This document shows, in pieces, positions 14,724 through 29,700 of a stretch of DNA of 64,000 bases (positions are counted from its first letter, which is position 1; the number at the start of each line of letters is the position of its first letter). The position numbers were made by a program, and so were the translations under genes. This stretch comes from Balanoglossus misakiensis (Eukaryota; Animalia; Hemichordata). The notes under the pieces are model-generated. The model was not told where the DNA came from. It saw only the letters and a list, made by a program, of their open reading frames with translations, and did not search any database. The stretch is taken from positions 14,499,350 through 14,563,349 of the forward strand of contig CM082581.2 of NCBI GenBank assembly GCA_040954595.2, given 5' to 3'.

Positions 14724-17700
14724 GTAAGTTTGGTTGCCTGGTAGTTCCGGTGTATTGCTTTTGTTTTTTAGCTGGCCATTGGTAAGTGTGGTCTATCATC
14801 AATTCTTGCTTGCAATACTATAGACATATCCAAAAGGGCTGATGATGATTTTCTGTGTGAGACTGAAAATAAATTCCTTTCTGGCAAGCTCAGAAACAAT
14901 GTCAAAATGGTCAACACATGAAACCCATACAATGTCACAGTCATAACCATAAAGGAAAGATATATGAACTTTGACTATTTTGTACTGTTAAGATTACGTT
15001 CAGCCAACATTTACAAGTCCTTTTATTCAAGAATTCATCGCCATATTTTTTATGGCTGTACACATATCGTACTCCTGGTCCAGTGCTGGTTTCTGCCAGG
15101 CAAATATCTGTAAGATATTTTTGGTCACCGTTCTTAGTATTTTTTAAAACTTTGTTGTATGTATGTGTGTGTGTGTGTTTGTATCTGTGTATCTGTCTCT
15201 GTCTCTCTCTCTCTCTCTAAGTGTGTAAAGTATAAAGTATAGAGTGACATTGAACCCACCTCCTGCAGTGTGCTCTCAATGCATACCAAATGAGAATTAT
15301 AAATACTTCAAACTTGGACGCTGGTCACAAAAACTAGATCAAAGAGAATTTTCTGCAACAGCTGCAATGGCCTTGTATTAAACCAGAACAATAAAGCTTG
15401 CTACACACCCATTTTGAGCACAAAAATACCCTACATACAGAAAGTCATCTCGCTTGAGGTTTCATAGTGAAGTAAATGTACGAAAACATGTGCGTTTTCA
15501 CTGGTCCACAGTTGTGCAGTGCCAAGCCCAGAGCCAACCACACTCGGCTCCGTTTCATGTGTGGTGGCGCTCTATTCACTGGTTACACGTGACAAATGTT
15601 TCTTTGAAAGCCTGCGTGCGTTCTGCAGCTGGGCTTTGAATTACCAACTGTATAATAAATACAAAATAAAGTAACAATACTGGGCAGCATACCACCCATC
15701 ACCTTCTCTGCATAGAATTTGTGTGCTGCATATTTTCATGATGTAACTAAAGTATATCACTGAGCAACCAGGCAGATTTATGCGCTGGTGAATAAAATTT
15801 ATAGAATGTACATTGATGTTTTAAATAAATCTTCTTGCTTTTGGCAGGAATGAATGTTCCATCATCAAACAAATATTTGCCGTTTAGCAGATATTCGAGT
15901 GTTTCAGCCAAATGGCTCGCTGGACCGTCAGCCGACCCTGTGCAGTTTTGTGAATGTTTAACATATCCATATGAAAAAAATGGCAAGCTTTTTAGCAAAG
16001 ATATTGGGGGAACAATTCATTGCTTTTCAAGCATGAAAAATGTGTGAAATTGTATATGGTGCTGTTTGTTTAGCAAGGCAGGCACCCATGTGCTGGCATG
16101 TTTTTCCTTTTTTCAACACCCTGTTTCCTCTGTCTTTATGGTAGCCAGCGTTTGGGTGGCTGAATCACATTGATATGTGATGATTGATGACACAGACATA
16201 TAATACATACCAGGGTTAGTTTTAAGAGGTCTTGCAGTTGCACCAGAGCATGTACATGCGATGACCCAGGTGGTCAAAGTCAAGAGATGCGGGATTGATT
16301 CCATGGAGAAAAAAAATGTGTAAAATAAGGGAAATGTGACTCCAGTCAAGGTCGGTAGCCTTGACATCTTAGTTACTGAGACAAGGCTTTGACATCCCTT
16401 GGAGAGTCAAAAACACTGCAGGGGGCCCATAATTCAAAAATAAAAACTGTCAATGATGACATCAACAAGGCCAGTTTAGTCACAGCCATTGTGTTGGTTG
16501 GCAACACCCAACAGAATGATTTGTTTGCCAGCTGCCTTGTGTGTATACCAGTCCTACTGGCCTTGGATCATCCATGGCAGTAGTAGGCTTGGCTAATTAG
16601 GAGCATTGCTTCTAGCGAACTGGAACATTCAAATTCACTTTGAAGTTCAGAACTTCATACAAGAAAGAAATCCTGTCAAACTGTCTATCATTATTCACAG
16701 TGGCTCATTTTGACATGTATTTATTTTTAGCACATACCGGCATACGTCATTTATCATTTTACTAATAGTAAACTACATGTTGTCCAGAAATAAAAATGAA
16801 TTTATTACAAACATGAATCGTGACAGAAAGATGATGACTCCCACACTGCTTTCCTTGTGCGCACGCTCACTGGAAATCCAATAAACGGGTCAATCAAGCA
16901 AATCATTCAAATCAACAGTTGTTGATCCTATTGTCACCTTGAGGACATTTAAACCATGGGATTTTGTTATACTGGTTTGGTGTATGATCTGTGGTTAGAC
17001 ATAATTCTGGGATCTGAGCTCAGAATCCTGTGAACCTAAAGAGGACTTTATAATCACATTGTGACCTTTAATTTGAAAAATCAACTCAACTAGAGGCCAC
17101 ACCAATTTGATATTAACATTAAAGTATTGTATAACATGGACACAAAAGTTTCAGTGTAATGTTGAAATTCAGAGATATACGTGTGACTTGCGTGTATTTT
17201 ATGTCGAAGGCTTTGCAGGGCCTGTTGTGTGTATTGAAGCATAGTACACACGTCATGCCAGTCACGAGATGAGATGACTAGAAGTAGGTCACAGTGTGGC
17301 AAGTAACCTCCCCCTGCCTCCTCCTACACAGAAATGCTAATTCAGCAGAAGGGGGGAAACTGAAGTATGTGTTTGTTGAGAAAGCTGCCAGGAGTTTATC
17401 ATTTAAACATAATATGTTTCTGTAGGAAGTGGTTTTCTGCGGGAAAGCCACTCAGACTAGTCAGAGTTTAGATCCTTTAATTACCCAAGGGATACAATTT
17501 CTTGTGTAACATTACATAGAGCAAGGGTACATAAGGTGATGTAAAATTATGACCAAGCATTGCTAATGAGTTGATCATCACCGCTGGGGACTGAAGTACA
17601 GCAGATCATTTCCACCATGGAAGGTCACTCAGAGGTCACCCAGAAGGGCATCTAGATTTTGAAGAGTAGGTAAAAGTACATCACCTAGAACCCTGGCTGT

Positions 17701-20700
17701 GTAAGACTAAAGGTAAGTTTGATATGTGATAGATGTTATCACTTGTGTCAAACAATCACCTGTCCTGTGTTCGTGACTTGCATCTGTGCTTGTCTGTTTA
17801 ATTGTGGCGGATGTCATTTAATGAAGAAAATTTGAAGAAAGAAAATACTCGTCCATCCAGATCAGCACCAACAAAGGTAGTTGGAAGCCAGGAGTGCGCT
17901 GTGAGTTATTAGCTGATTAAATCCTACATGAAACTCGCAGCAAGAGCCGTATTTGCCACACTTCAAAAGGTCAACAGTTGCCATGGTTACATACGTCATG
18001 ATCCGTCTCCTACAATTTGCATTGCATACTTGTGACAAGCAGCTGAGGGCAAGGAAGAAACCCTACTGCGTGCTTGACTTTTTATCAGTTTTGAGAATCT
18101 AACTGATGAGGGGGAAAAAACATCACAGCGGTTAGAGTTTGGGGAAATACGCCACACAGCATCAAAAACATCACAGTGGTATTAGTTGCTTTAGGATAAT
18201 CTGAAGCCTTAGCATAATGCTCCATTCAATTAAAAGTGCTCTTCGTTGCTGACGTGTGTGGCTCCTTAGTGATTACCATCACTGCCTCAAAAAACAAGAT
18301 TGCTTCAGAAACATTAAAGCCACATCGCCGGTCTTTGACTGCATTCCAAGGCTGAGATGTAATCGCAATTCTTGCTTCTTCTTTTTTTGGAATTGAAACA
18401 TGAGTGGAATGTATCAGTCACTGTGTGGCTGTGGTCGTGTTTGAAGATTGCAAGTAACAGCGGCTTGATTGATTGAATGGCAACCTGCAAACCTTTTGCT
18501 GTCATCACATCTATCACTTTAAGATGTCACAAAAACCAACGCACTGCAGTCTGCTGTAATTTGTCCAGTCTGCCTCGGATTATTCCAATTCTTGCCAGGG
18601 GGTGCTTCTCCTTGCACAGTGTCTGAAATATTTTGTTTTATAGCCAGACAATGGCAAAATCCCCTAGGTAGCGGAAGCCCGTGCGATTGAATGTAATAAT
18701 TGCATCCAGTCGGTGAGTCCGTGGGTTACCATGGAGATGCAATTAGCTTTCTAAAAATAACCCCCCACTCCAAGATGCTGTACTATCCTGCTTGTGGCAG
18801 ATTACATTCAATCTGATTGGGGAGTCAGCAAATGTTATTTCGCGAGACAAGCGTGATCAAAGCGTTATCAATTCTGTGTCAACTACATAACCTTTCTGTG
18901 AATAGGCACGTCTAAATAGAATCAAGCAATTCCTGCGAGTCTGCACACTCACTCACTGCCATCTGCAGCAATTTTAAAACACAACGCCTGAACAAGGTAA
19001 GGTTACATGAGTTATTGTGTGCATATATGTGAATACCGATCATTTGTGCATTAACAGGCAGCCATTTACCTGGCCTTCAAGTGTTGCTGGCTGTTATCGC
19101 TGATATTCTCTGCTTGACTGAATAATACGTGTTTCCTTCTGCCTATGGGAAACGAGGATTAAATTTTTAATTGCAAAGGTTAAGCATTCATCACGATCTC
19201 AAGGCTTTGTTTTCTTTACAACAATTGAAAATATTTGTCATAAAAAAGTTGTTTCATTATGTATATTAAAATATTGACTAGAAGAATTTAGTAAGTGAAC
19301 TGGTGTTATGCCAATAATGTAATATAGCTAGGGCTAAGTGGCAGCATTTGCATGTTGTTACATGTACAGTGGAACGCCGATTATCCGAACACCGATTATC
19401 CGAATTTCGGATTATCCGAACGCTTTGGTACGGTCCCGGGTACGGTCCCTGACCATTTAATTAGCCATGCCAAGCACCTGTTTTCTCGGCGGTCTGTGAC
19501 ATTTCCGCAGGAAAACTGACATTTCGGACAGTTTTCTTTGGTCAGTTCTAATTGTTTCTGTTGTAAAGGGAGGTGGGACGTGTTAAAAACGTCTTTATCA
19601 TTGAATATTTCAATCATTTTACGACAACAGAGTGTCACACTTTCGGGTATCGTAACATTCGACACTGGGATTTCACACTCAAGTGTAAAACACGCAAAAT
19701 CACTTGTCGCGTCGGCACGGCTTTGGTCAATTTTTTGATAGTGTGAAGTAGATTTATCGCCGAAATAAGCTTAGCACTGTCGTTGATAATACAAATGAAA
19801 GCCATGGGTTGGATCATGGTTGGATGAGATCGCCCGTCTTCGACTCGTGCGAGCAGACGGCGGAGATCGCCCGAGGTGTCAACATCAAAGACACGGCTTT
19901 TCAAATGCATGGACTTCATTCCGCGACACAGTGAAGGCGTGTCGGGTCGTGGTCGGTGACCATGGCAGCGCCGATGTGAATGACAGCCAAGACGTCACTT
20001 GCGGAAGTGACCTCGTGCGGAGAGCATGTTTTGCGCGGTTTGAATGTCACTGACATCGAAGATTTGGAGACAAGCGAGAACTATGACAGCTTCGAAACAT
20101 TAACGTATGATGAAATCATCGACTCTGTTTCTCAGAAATAAACTCATGGCATGAAAAATCAGGACGATAAAGAGAACGAGACACCAGCTCTAGCGAAATC
20201 TACTGTGGCCTACGCACGTTCATGGTTTGGTACGATGACCGGCCACATACGATGTTGAACGGATCAGAACATTGCAGCTTTGACTTCGTCTTTTTTTCTT
20301 TCTTAACCTTTTGAACTCTTAATATATGTATTTTTTATATAAAAGAAGACGAATTGTGTTTTATTATTTTATTAACTTCTTTTTGTGAGTGCATTGAAAA
20401 TGCATGTGCATGTGGGAAACATCGTAACATACGCATGCCCCAATGGTGTGGTCAATTTCCTTTGTTCGGACGTGCCAAAATCAATTATCCGAACAATCAA
20501 TTATCCGAACAAAATCTAACCCGCCCAACAGGTTCGGATAATCGGCGTTCCACTGTAGTCTCTTGGACGTTGATCTCTTAATTTTGTGCACCCGTAGTCT
20601 TTGTTCTGTGTGCATACTATTATTTTTGAAAGGAACATGAAAATCTTTGAAGCCATTGTTTCATGTTGTTAAGTGCAATGTACTTAAGAAATTGTGATAT

Positions 20701-23700
20701 TTCTGAATCCCTGGCTTGCATTTCAAGGTCAACTGCTTAGTTTTGCTACAGTGTAGTGAAGCTGTCATTAATGTCAACAAAAGATGAGTGATAATGATGG
20801 GTATTTCGGCAAATTACCCTGGTTGTCTTCTCAAGGCCATAATCTGGGCAACTGTATTCCATCTTTCAATTAGGAATTTATTGAACAGAAAATTGACTTC
20901 TCGCGTACTATATGTACTTAAGGTATTGAATTATTCATGCGTTGGTTCTCTGAAGCCATTGTAACATTCTGTGAACTGCAGAGCTGTTGACGTCAGTGCA
21001 CGTAAGGAAGCTCAATATCGGAGGATGGGTTGCTTAAAGGCTTTGAGCCATTATGACAAATAGCCGGCTTTGTCTGTGGTTTGACCCATGGGAATAAACT
21101 GGCCAAAGTTTGCTACGTAATGACGCTGAATTATCAAAGATGCAGGTTCAGACAAAAGTAGAAAATGGGGGCCGTGCATAATTCTATGAGCATCCGCCCA
21201 CGCTAACAATCTGCCAGCCAGTTATTGCTGATTAATGCAAATATCCAACCACAGTACATTGACTCGGAAACATTCATTTCATTATAGGCTATACTGTATG
21301 TATCACCTTGGAAAATTGCCATCCAGATGGACAAATTTAGAGGATCCCTCTTACTGTTTACGAATTATCCCCTACTGAATGTGATTTGAAAAAAAAGTGA
21401 TGATTTTTTATGTCAGTTTTGATGGTCTTTGTAACCATTCAGTTTCACCTCAAGCAGGCATGTTGAGTTTAAATCAAATTTAGACATTTTTGAACCATCA
21501 GCAAAACTTCACAGCAGTATCATTGAGTGTGTAAAAAGTATTGTCCAGCTGAGGTTTTGATTTCCTGACAATTGCTATTCAGAAAGAAAGAAGCCAAATC
21601 CAATTTTATTGCCAGTTTATCACTAAGTGATGAGGGAACAAACTGGTTCGATTTTTTTAAACAGTCGTTGTGGCAATATTTGCATAACTGTGGTTGAGGA
21701 GATCGTCTGGGTCATTGCATGTTGATGGCTGCTGTTTTCCCCCAGATCATTTCCCCATTTCCTATCCAAACAGTTACATTAGCATAAGCCAACCTGCTTT
21801 CATCCATCAAACAAACAAACACACCCACGCACAACGCACAAACATCCAGACATGGCCTGTCATTGAGTGACCTTTGTCATGTGATCTGCACCCAGTGTGG
21901 TAAAGAGCACATCACAGATGCCCTAGCTGACAAGAAATATTGGTTTGAGTTGGCAGGTGGTCCGTTGCCCCCTTTGTGAGTTGATATTATCATTTCTTCT
22001 CTGCCTTATCCTCTGTGAATAGGAGAAAAAAAACATTGAGAAACGTCTCTCCTCCTCGTGATATTTATCAAGGGCATCCTTAATAGGGTTATGCTGGATG
22101 CCAAAGGCAATCAACGAGGAAAGGGTTCATAATGGTTCTGTTTGTGTGCTCGATCTCTGACACGTCAAACCAGAAATCTTTCCCAATTGCTGCTTTTAAC
22201 CAATGTCTTGCGCTCCATTTACTTGACAAAGACAAACATTTTCGCGTGTCTACTGAGTTGTGGAAGGGGGTGGTGGTGGTGGTCTGTTATTGGTTTGATG
22301 GGCAACAATGCAACTAATCAAATTGATGTCCTGCTATCAGAGGCCGTTTCAAAATAGACTTTTTCATTCATAGAAGAAAAATGTAATGGAATTATCAAAA
22401 CATGCTTTCATGTTCTCAGAAGAAGAATTCTTGGAATTTAAATCTCATAACAGAATATCAAGGCCAAGATGACCTCAGTATGATGATGATTGCTTTGAAA
22501 TGCTACTTTTACAGTCATTCACCCCTGTTTTAGTATTCATGAAGTATAGATTAAAATGGATCTGTATCAGATTGCTTCAAAAGAACATCATATCACAGTT
22601 TGTTACAATACATGATTTATGAAAATAAGTTCTTTGCAGGAAAATATCACTCACTTGTAAGAGCCTTATCTTAAACCTGTTTCGTAGGTGAATTTATGAG
22701 ACAAAATCCTTCAATTTTTGTGGAGCTTATTCAAGGATTTAGGTCATATCCATATGATGTGGCGGGTTTTCAGATCTTTAATTAAAAACATCTGTGTGGA
22801 TAATCTCTTTCCAGTCACGTTTTAACAACCTTGAGGTCATTGTATTGTCCTCTGCAGATCATCAGATTAATACTCAATAATGCATGATTTAGAAAACCAT
22901 GCGGCCATTATGGATTCAGGGAATGCTTCCGCATAAACAGTGCAGGGAATATTGAATTCTTGTCACAGTTTACAAGGAACAGTCACGCAGTGGTCACATG
23001 CATCATGTATAACAGATACTACTGTGCATTGTTTGCATCTGAAAATAGGAGGTGGTGTCAATGGTGTGTGTGTTAGTGTGTGTGTGTGCATACATGTGTG
23101 TCTGTGTGAAATGCCTGTTTGACGCAACAAGCAATTACAACTCTAAGAACAGTTTGTGACTCATCCCCCTGTTGCTCATAACAAATGCGACTCAAGCAGC
23201 ATTGAGATAATTAACATGTCTTGCTGGTGTCTTGTCTTTTGCAGAGTTTCCAAGCACTTGAAGATAAAGTTGGCCTCAGCGAGTGCAAGAAAATCCCACT
23301 GCAGTTCTGTGTTGACAGGCAATTGGAATTTGTACACGAAGGAGAGACCAGAGTTTTCGAGGTGAGGCTATGTTAAGAACTGCAAGTGATTTTGGGATTC
23401 CTTGAGTTGGAAACGGCAACATGATTGGTTGTTATATTGTGTAGTGCAACTGGAATATTAATAGGCATGGTTTACTGTGAGTGGCTGCCAGCATTCGTAC
23501 CTGAGAATGAGATGAATAGTCTATTTTGGGTGATGTGTGCCGCCTACATGGCGTTTACAGTGATAAATGGAATCTCTGGGAGCGTGATACAGAAAAGAGA
23601 GAGGAGGGGTTCATTATGGAATGTGCTTGACTGGTGATGAGTTGGTCTGCCTCTCATTTCCACACAACATGTCTGGTTGCCAGCAATCTCAATGTTGGTT

Positions 23701-26700
23701 ATGTCTGTTGATCTCAAAATCCTGGAATATCGGGTCTTATTAAAACTATAACCTGTGCCTGCATGTTATTTATAATTTTTGGGGGAATGAACCTTCACTG
23801 GTCTACGTGCAACAGTGTTGACTGCAAATGTCCACACTCGTCATTGTATCATGTGGGTTTTTTTTGCGGCCAAGGTATGCCTGACCACAGCACAATAAGC
23901 CAAGTATTTGAGTGACCGCAATCAATGGTATGTGCTGTATTCAAGTATGTAAGGGAGTTCAGTAGGTCGTTCACCGATCCCTATCAGAGATGACATTAGC
24001 ATATGAATAGGGTCTCTCTGTGACCTTCCTTTAAAGTTGGCCCTCTGCATATTAACTGCCCTGAAAACAGCACATGTCGACCCGCTCCATTCACACCGAT
24101 AGAAAAAATCCATTTTAGGCCGTTTTTGTACCACTGTATTGTAGTGTTTGGCCTTGGAGGCATCTGTGACAGTCATCCCCAGGTAGGTTTTCCTGGCATT
24201 TCTGAGTTTCATTGAGATTAGATTGGAAAAAGAGACAGTAGCTTGTGATGTGTTTGTGATTAAGATGAGCTGTACATGCCATGTGCTGTAAGTACCATGC
24301 TGTGCAAATTGGTTCGAGAGGTAGTGATGTGGCAGCAGAGTGTCTGATTCTATGATACCATGGTAATTCTTTAGATGCCACGTCAGGAATAGGGTTTTCA
24401 TGGACGCTGTTATAGAAAGAGGCAATATTTAAGTCTTGATCTGAACAATGACAGCATCTCTGATGTCACTCTCATTTAATTCCAACCATGCACGGCACCT
24501 TTGTGACATACTGTGAAATGTATTAACCTCACCAAGTTGTAAAGACTATCAAAATATGGTGGTTTTTGAGTCATTACACCACAGCATGCAGATTTCACCG
24601 TTTTCTTGCATAGACACGTTTTAAAAATCTGGCGACTTATTAGTAAATTTAAGCCAAATGTGTGAAATTACGTATTCAAGTCGTATAGTGGGGTAGACTA
24701 TGCATCGCATATTAGCCGGAAGTCACGTTAACTACATTGAAATATAGAACAAAGAAAGCTCTGCTGACAGGATGTGTTGTTGGACAATTCAACGCTATTG
24801 ATATTCAAATCTCTGCCTGAAATGCTGTTTGCCTTTACAGTCAAAAAGACTGACTGGATAGTTTCTCAAACAAAGCCGTGATTTGGGACAGTCTTGAGAA
24901 AAGAAAAACATCCCACATATACATAATCTCTGTGTTGCATACACAGTCATTGCAATATAACTTTTGTTTGTTCTTTGTTTTTTTATTTACTTTTGTATGA
25001 ATGATTATTGAAAAACAAATGGGAAGTTTGAAAGTTTGATGACATATGATCTAGTAGGAATTTGACAGTTGGTAAGGAGTCCTTGGAAATGTTTTGTCTT
25101 GAGAAGCTAAAAGAAATCGGTTACATAAGAAGAGATACAGTTGATTGTGTATTTAATGAAGCTGATGGAAATGTTGAAAACAAGCTACAGAAAAAGAAAA
25201 TATCCCAAAGTTCTGCTGGAATGTAGTTTCTTTATCTCAGCGTGTTCCTGTGTCTAAAGGATACTGCATAGTCTGCTATGCTGAGAGATAAAACCAAAGG
25301 AAATTTTTGTGTGTATTTCATAGTGTGTCAACATGTGGAGGTCAAAGTTGAGAAACAGTCCATTGTTTGCGTCAGCAGATGAGTGAAGATTGGCAAAGCC
25401 ATCAAATCTTGCTTGTTTTTTTCCAGTCTATCCCCTATCCATCACTGTTATCTGTATAGCCATGGCTGTTATCTGTATAGCCACCCCTGACATAGCTGAT
25501 CGGCAGATAGTTGCCAAGTGTACTCAACTAGGGCCATGTCTCTGTTGTGGTCTAGCTGCCAGGCTAGACTTTAGTTCCCTCCCTCCTTCATCCTGCAGCT
25601 GTCATTGTGTACACAGGAAATCAGTAATGTGGTGGTTCAATAGAGGTCAGACAGAGGGCCCACTCAAATGGGGGCTCTTACACATACCCACTAGACAATG
25701 CCCCACCCCTTTTTATCCTATCAACACCTCCTTGTACAAAGCATTTATTGCTTGCATGTGTGCTGTTTGCAGGTAATTACAAACTAGATCTCTCCAGGGG
25801 GGTATCACTTGTGTCCCTTAATGGCACACCTTCTTTATCAACTTTGTCTTTCCATGGAAAACAAAGGCTTTGCCCCACATAAACAGTTTATGTCAACAAA
25901 TACTAATGTGAGAACCAGGGGTTGAGAATTGCCCCTTTAATGATTGGGAAATATACAGTACTGATGCTGATCAAGTTGGTATCTTGTGTGATGATTGTCT
26001 TATCATTTGGATTCAGTCGGTCTGCATGGAAAATAAACAGTGTCCCCTCACAGCTTGTCATACTAAACTGTCTGTTGCGAACCTATCGTTCATCAGTCTC
26101 GCAAATCGGGATGTTCGGAACACCTAGATCCATTATAAACATGCAGCCACCTGTTACCTGCCATTCAAAAATAGATGAGATTTAGAATGCCTAATTTTAA
26201 CCCTACGGTGATGTGGCAAAAACTGATGGTTGTTTGGCGCCTACTAGATTAGATGTATATGTAGCTGACCCCACGTTTTATCAGCTTACGGGTACAGCTG
26301 TCCTACATACAGTAACCTCAAAAATATCTGCCACACCCTTGTTCTTTTTTATATGACCTCTCAATTTGGTGGAAACTTTCTATTGAAAAATTTGTGTACA
26401 GTATATTCCATGTATTGGCAGACACCATGTACCATATGGCACAATCAGACTGCTGATACATTATGTTTTGTTCTATGCTGTGTGACATTTGACTTCCATT
26501 ATATATTTGAATTCTTACTGACTAATTCAAATAACGTGATGTAATTGCATTGAGTGTTCTTTTATGCAGGTCTGTCTGCCAATGCGTTAATTGGGCCGCA
26601 GAGGTGTTTGCCAGGAACTTGATGATTATGCTGCATAATGCATGGTGAATTGAATTGAAGGATGAGCTATTTTAAGACTGCCCTGTTTTGTAGTTTAGCA

Positions 26701-29700
26701 GGGTATCTAATCATACTCAGTAAATGGCACTCCTCAGACAATGATTACATTGTTTATTATTTCACTTTCCAGAGGCTATTTCTGTTGTCAACAATTCACC
26801 AATATTCCGCAGATCAATCAACCACTTTCCTTTTTCACACATTTTCTACTGGAAATTTCCTGTCATCTCATCAGGCCACTTTGTCCATGTTTTTGCTGTT
26901 GTTACTGTGTATAGGCGCTGGTCACATGCCACGAATGCTGATTTGAGTTTGTCTTCTACAATTGCTCCAGATTGATCTGTCTGACAGTATCGAGAGGACC
27001 AGTTGACTATAATCACCATCCATCTGTCAGACAGCCGCCCGAGTAGCTCTCTGACAGATTACAAAAAAGCCCATTAGACAGCCATCTTGTCACTGAATTG
27101 TGATAGCATTCAACATTTTTTTCAATGCTTTATCTGTCATGCTACTCCTGTCCCCTGTAAAGAAATCACAAAATTATTCGTTGGCATGCCTGTCTCGTAA
27201 TAGATATAGCTAGCTGCAAATACCATGCAAACTTGTCAATTTAGAAATGATAGAAAACTGTGATACCAGTTGATGTACCATTGCAATAACCATGGCATGA
27301 CATAATGAATTCCATATAAATTTATTAGTGTTAATAAAATGTTTTCACTCAAATTTGACACTGGATCTTGTAAAACTAACAAATAAAAATTAATACATAA
27401 AACAGTGAACTGTTAAAAACTGTTAAATTAACAGCATTTTGTGCATGATTTTAAATTTTTGAATAATGAAGCACAAATATACCATTTGATGTGCATTTGG
27501 AGATGAGATAAATTGTCTGCATGTTGAGTCAGCAAGGTGTGGCCTTGGATTCACCATGTGACAGCTGAGGTCTTGCTGAAGCATTAATGTCATTAGTTGT
27601 AGCGCTGCAGAGATATCAGACATTGCCTTGCCCTGCCCCAGGCAAAAGAAAATTTATCAGATTTTTCAAATCAGCATTGCCTCCTAGCCGCCTACAGTTT
27701 GCAGGTGGGAATTGTTTCAATGTGACTTCTGGGAAGTCTCCTTACTTAACCTCGTGGTTAGAGACATCGTATTTATAATCCCGGGAGGTGAGCTAAACAT
27801 CCGTACATGCTAGCCACATACATGATGTACCATATCAGATTATGAAGATGATTACACCAAGGTCCCTGTCAGCAAGAAGTGTCAGTCTAATCAGCCAGCC
27901 TGACCCTTCAGCTGTGGTTTGCCTTGAAAGGATGTGCGTCTGATCCAAAGTACTTGTCTTGATAGCTCATCATTCCGAGTGACTCTCACTTTATGAGAAT
28001 GAGAATGTTCAGTTGTATATTTTCCTCGAAATGAGTCAACCCCTTGGCATGGTAATGATCAGTCTCGTTGTTGGCCATATGGTGCCTGTTTGCCCTCCGA
28101 TCAAATGGCAGTGTTTGCTAGTCGGCCAGACTCCCTCTCAGTCTCATGTTATTGTGCACTTCGTGTTGATATTCATAGCAACACATGTTCATTTACTGGT
28201 CGTCCATGTTTGTTGCATTAGGTTTTATACACACAACAAAGAGATTGATGAACTCTGCAAAACAATCAATTTTAGTGATATGCAATGTTCATGGTTATGT
28301 GGAGAGATGCATAGAAAATCCACTCGTGCATGGGAACAGCTGCTGAAGCAGATTAAAAATAGCATTTGCTGCCCAAGATTATGTTACACATGAGATAATA
28401 TTCCAACATGCCATTGCAAGGATCCATCTATACTGTTATTATATCCCCAGTCAAAGGATAATACATAGTTGACATTATTGTATGTCTGTGTCTTAAAATA
28501 TCAAGATTTTTTACTTTATGTGGATGATATAAGAGGATGTATAGTGTTTTAAGAGAGTTTTCACACTGGTTCAGAGTTCAACAAATATATCTTAAAAATC
28601 GTTTCTTTATTTCTTTTGCAAATTCAGATTCATAAATTTGATGTCATGGAAGTAGATCATGATGTAGTATAATTCAGCCCTGCCCCTGATGGTTTATCTG
28701 AGGCATTTGTCAGAATTTGTTTTGCATATATGACAAATCAAACAGGACTTCAACATTGGGGTCACATTTGCAGGCATCACAGGCAGAAATTGTGACCTCG
28801 GTTTAATTTCCCCAACACCGTTTCATGACAAAGGGTGGAAGTAAATTATAGTCCATAGGAGCATGATACATAGGGGGTTGATACAATGCTTTGCCACTGC
28901 GATATTTCTCAGCCAAAGAAAGCTGCACGTTCATCTCATCCGAGACCCATTGTGGTAATTTGTATTCACGGCATGCAGAGTGCAGCTGACGGCATTACTT
29001 GTAATAGGAGTCAGGGATAAAATGCCTTGGTTGCTATGGCGATATCCTTGAAATGGCAATTTACTGCCTGTACATATTTATTACACAGGAGAGCTGATGT
29101 CCTTTCAATTGGCCAATGAACTTTTTGTGTAAGCTATTTGGCGATGAGTGATTTGATTTCAGGGTCACGTTTTGGGGATGTGGTATTATACTGTTTTTAA
29201 GGAGCCCTTTGAATTTTGTATTAAAAATTCCTCTGAGGAGACTTAGTGTGTTCAGGGGAAGGAAATTAATTCAGTGGAATATTTTACCTGGTAATTGGAG
29301 AGTCTGTGTTACGCACTCTAGATCTAGGTCACATTGTTGTTTTTTTGTATCCTGGAAAGCGTCCAATTTGACTTGAGCTGCTTGTCTAGCAGGGTTTTTT
29401 CCTGTTTTTTCTCTCTCCATTTTGTGAACTCAGTATTAGTGATTATCCTCAACTTGATTTGTTGTGGTGTAGTGCTGTTTATTTGTCAAAGACAACCAGT
29501 TCTTGCATTTGGTCAGCCTTTCCAAAAAAAATTAAGGTGTTTATTTCTGGACTCTGCCGCCTGTTGATTAATTGGTTAGACATCAGTTGTATGTTACTAG
29601 TGTACAGTTGATTGATGTGTCGTGATAGTCCAGAGCTTGTCTGTACAAGCAACTGATGATGTGGTAGATATTTATTGCTTATTGGCAATGTTTTTATATA

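Noticed and set aside
14838-14870. Box C/D-like words (TGATGA...CTGA) here and in other introns
   Set aside because: Spacing is too short or there is no terminal stem, and no rRNA-complementary guide was recognised.
16945-17000. ACA TTT AAA CCA (TFKP) resembling the start of JMJD1C exon 3
   Set aside because: No proper acceptor and an in-frame stop follows; the exon at 23245-23361 fits instead.
23922-24425. 167-aa minus-strand ORF
   Set aside because: No recognisable domain, non-ATG start, lies antisense within an intron.
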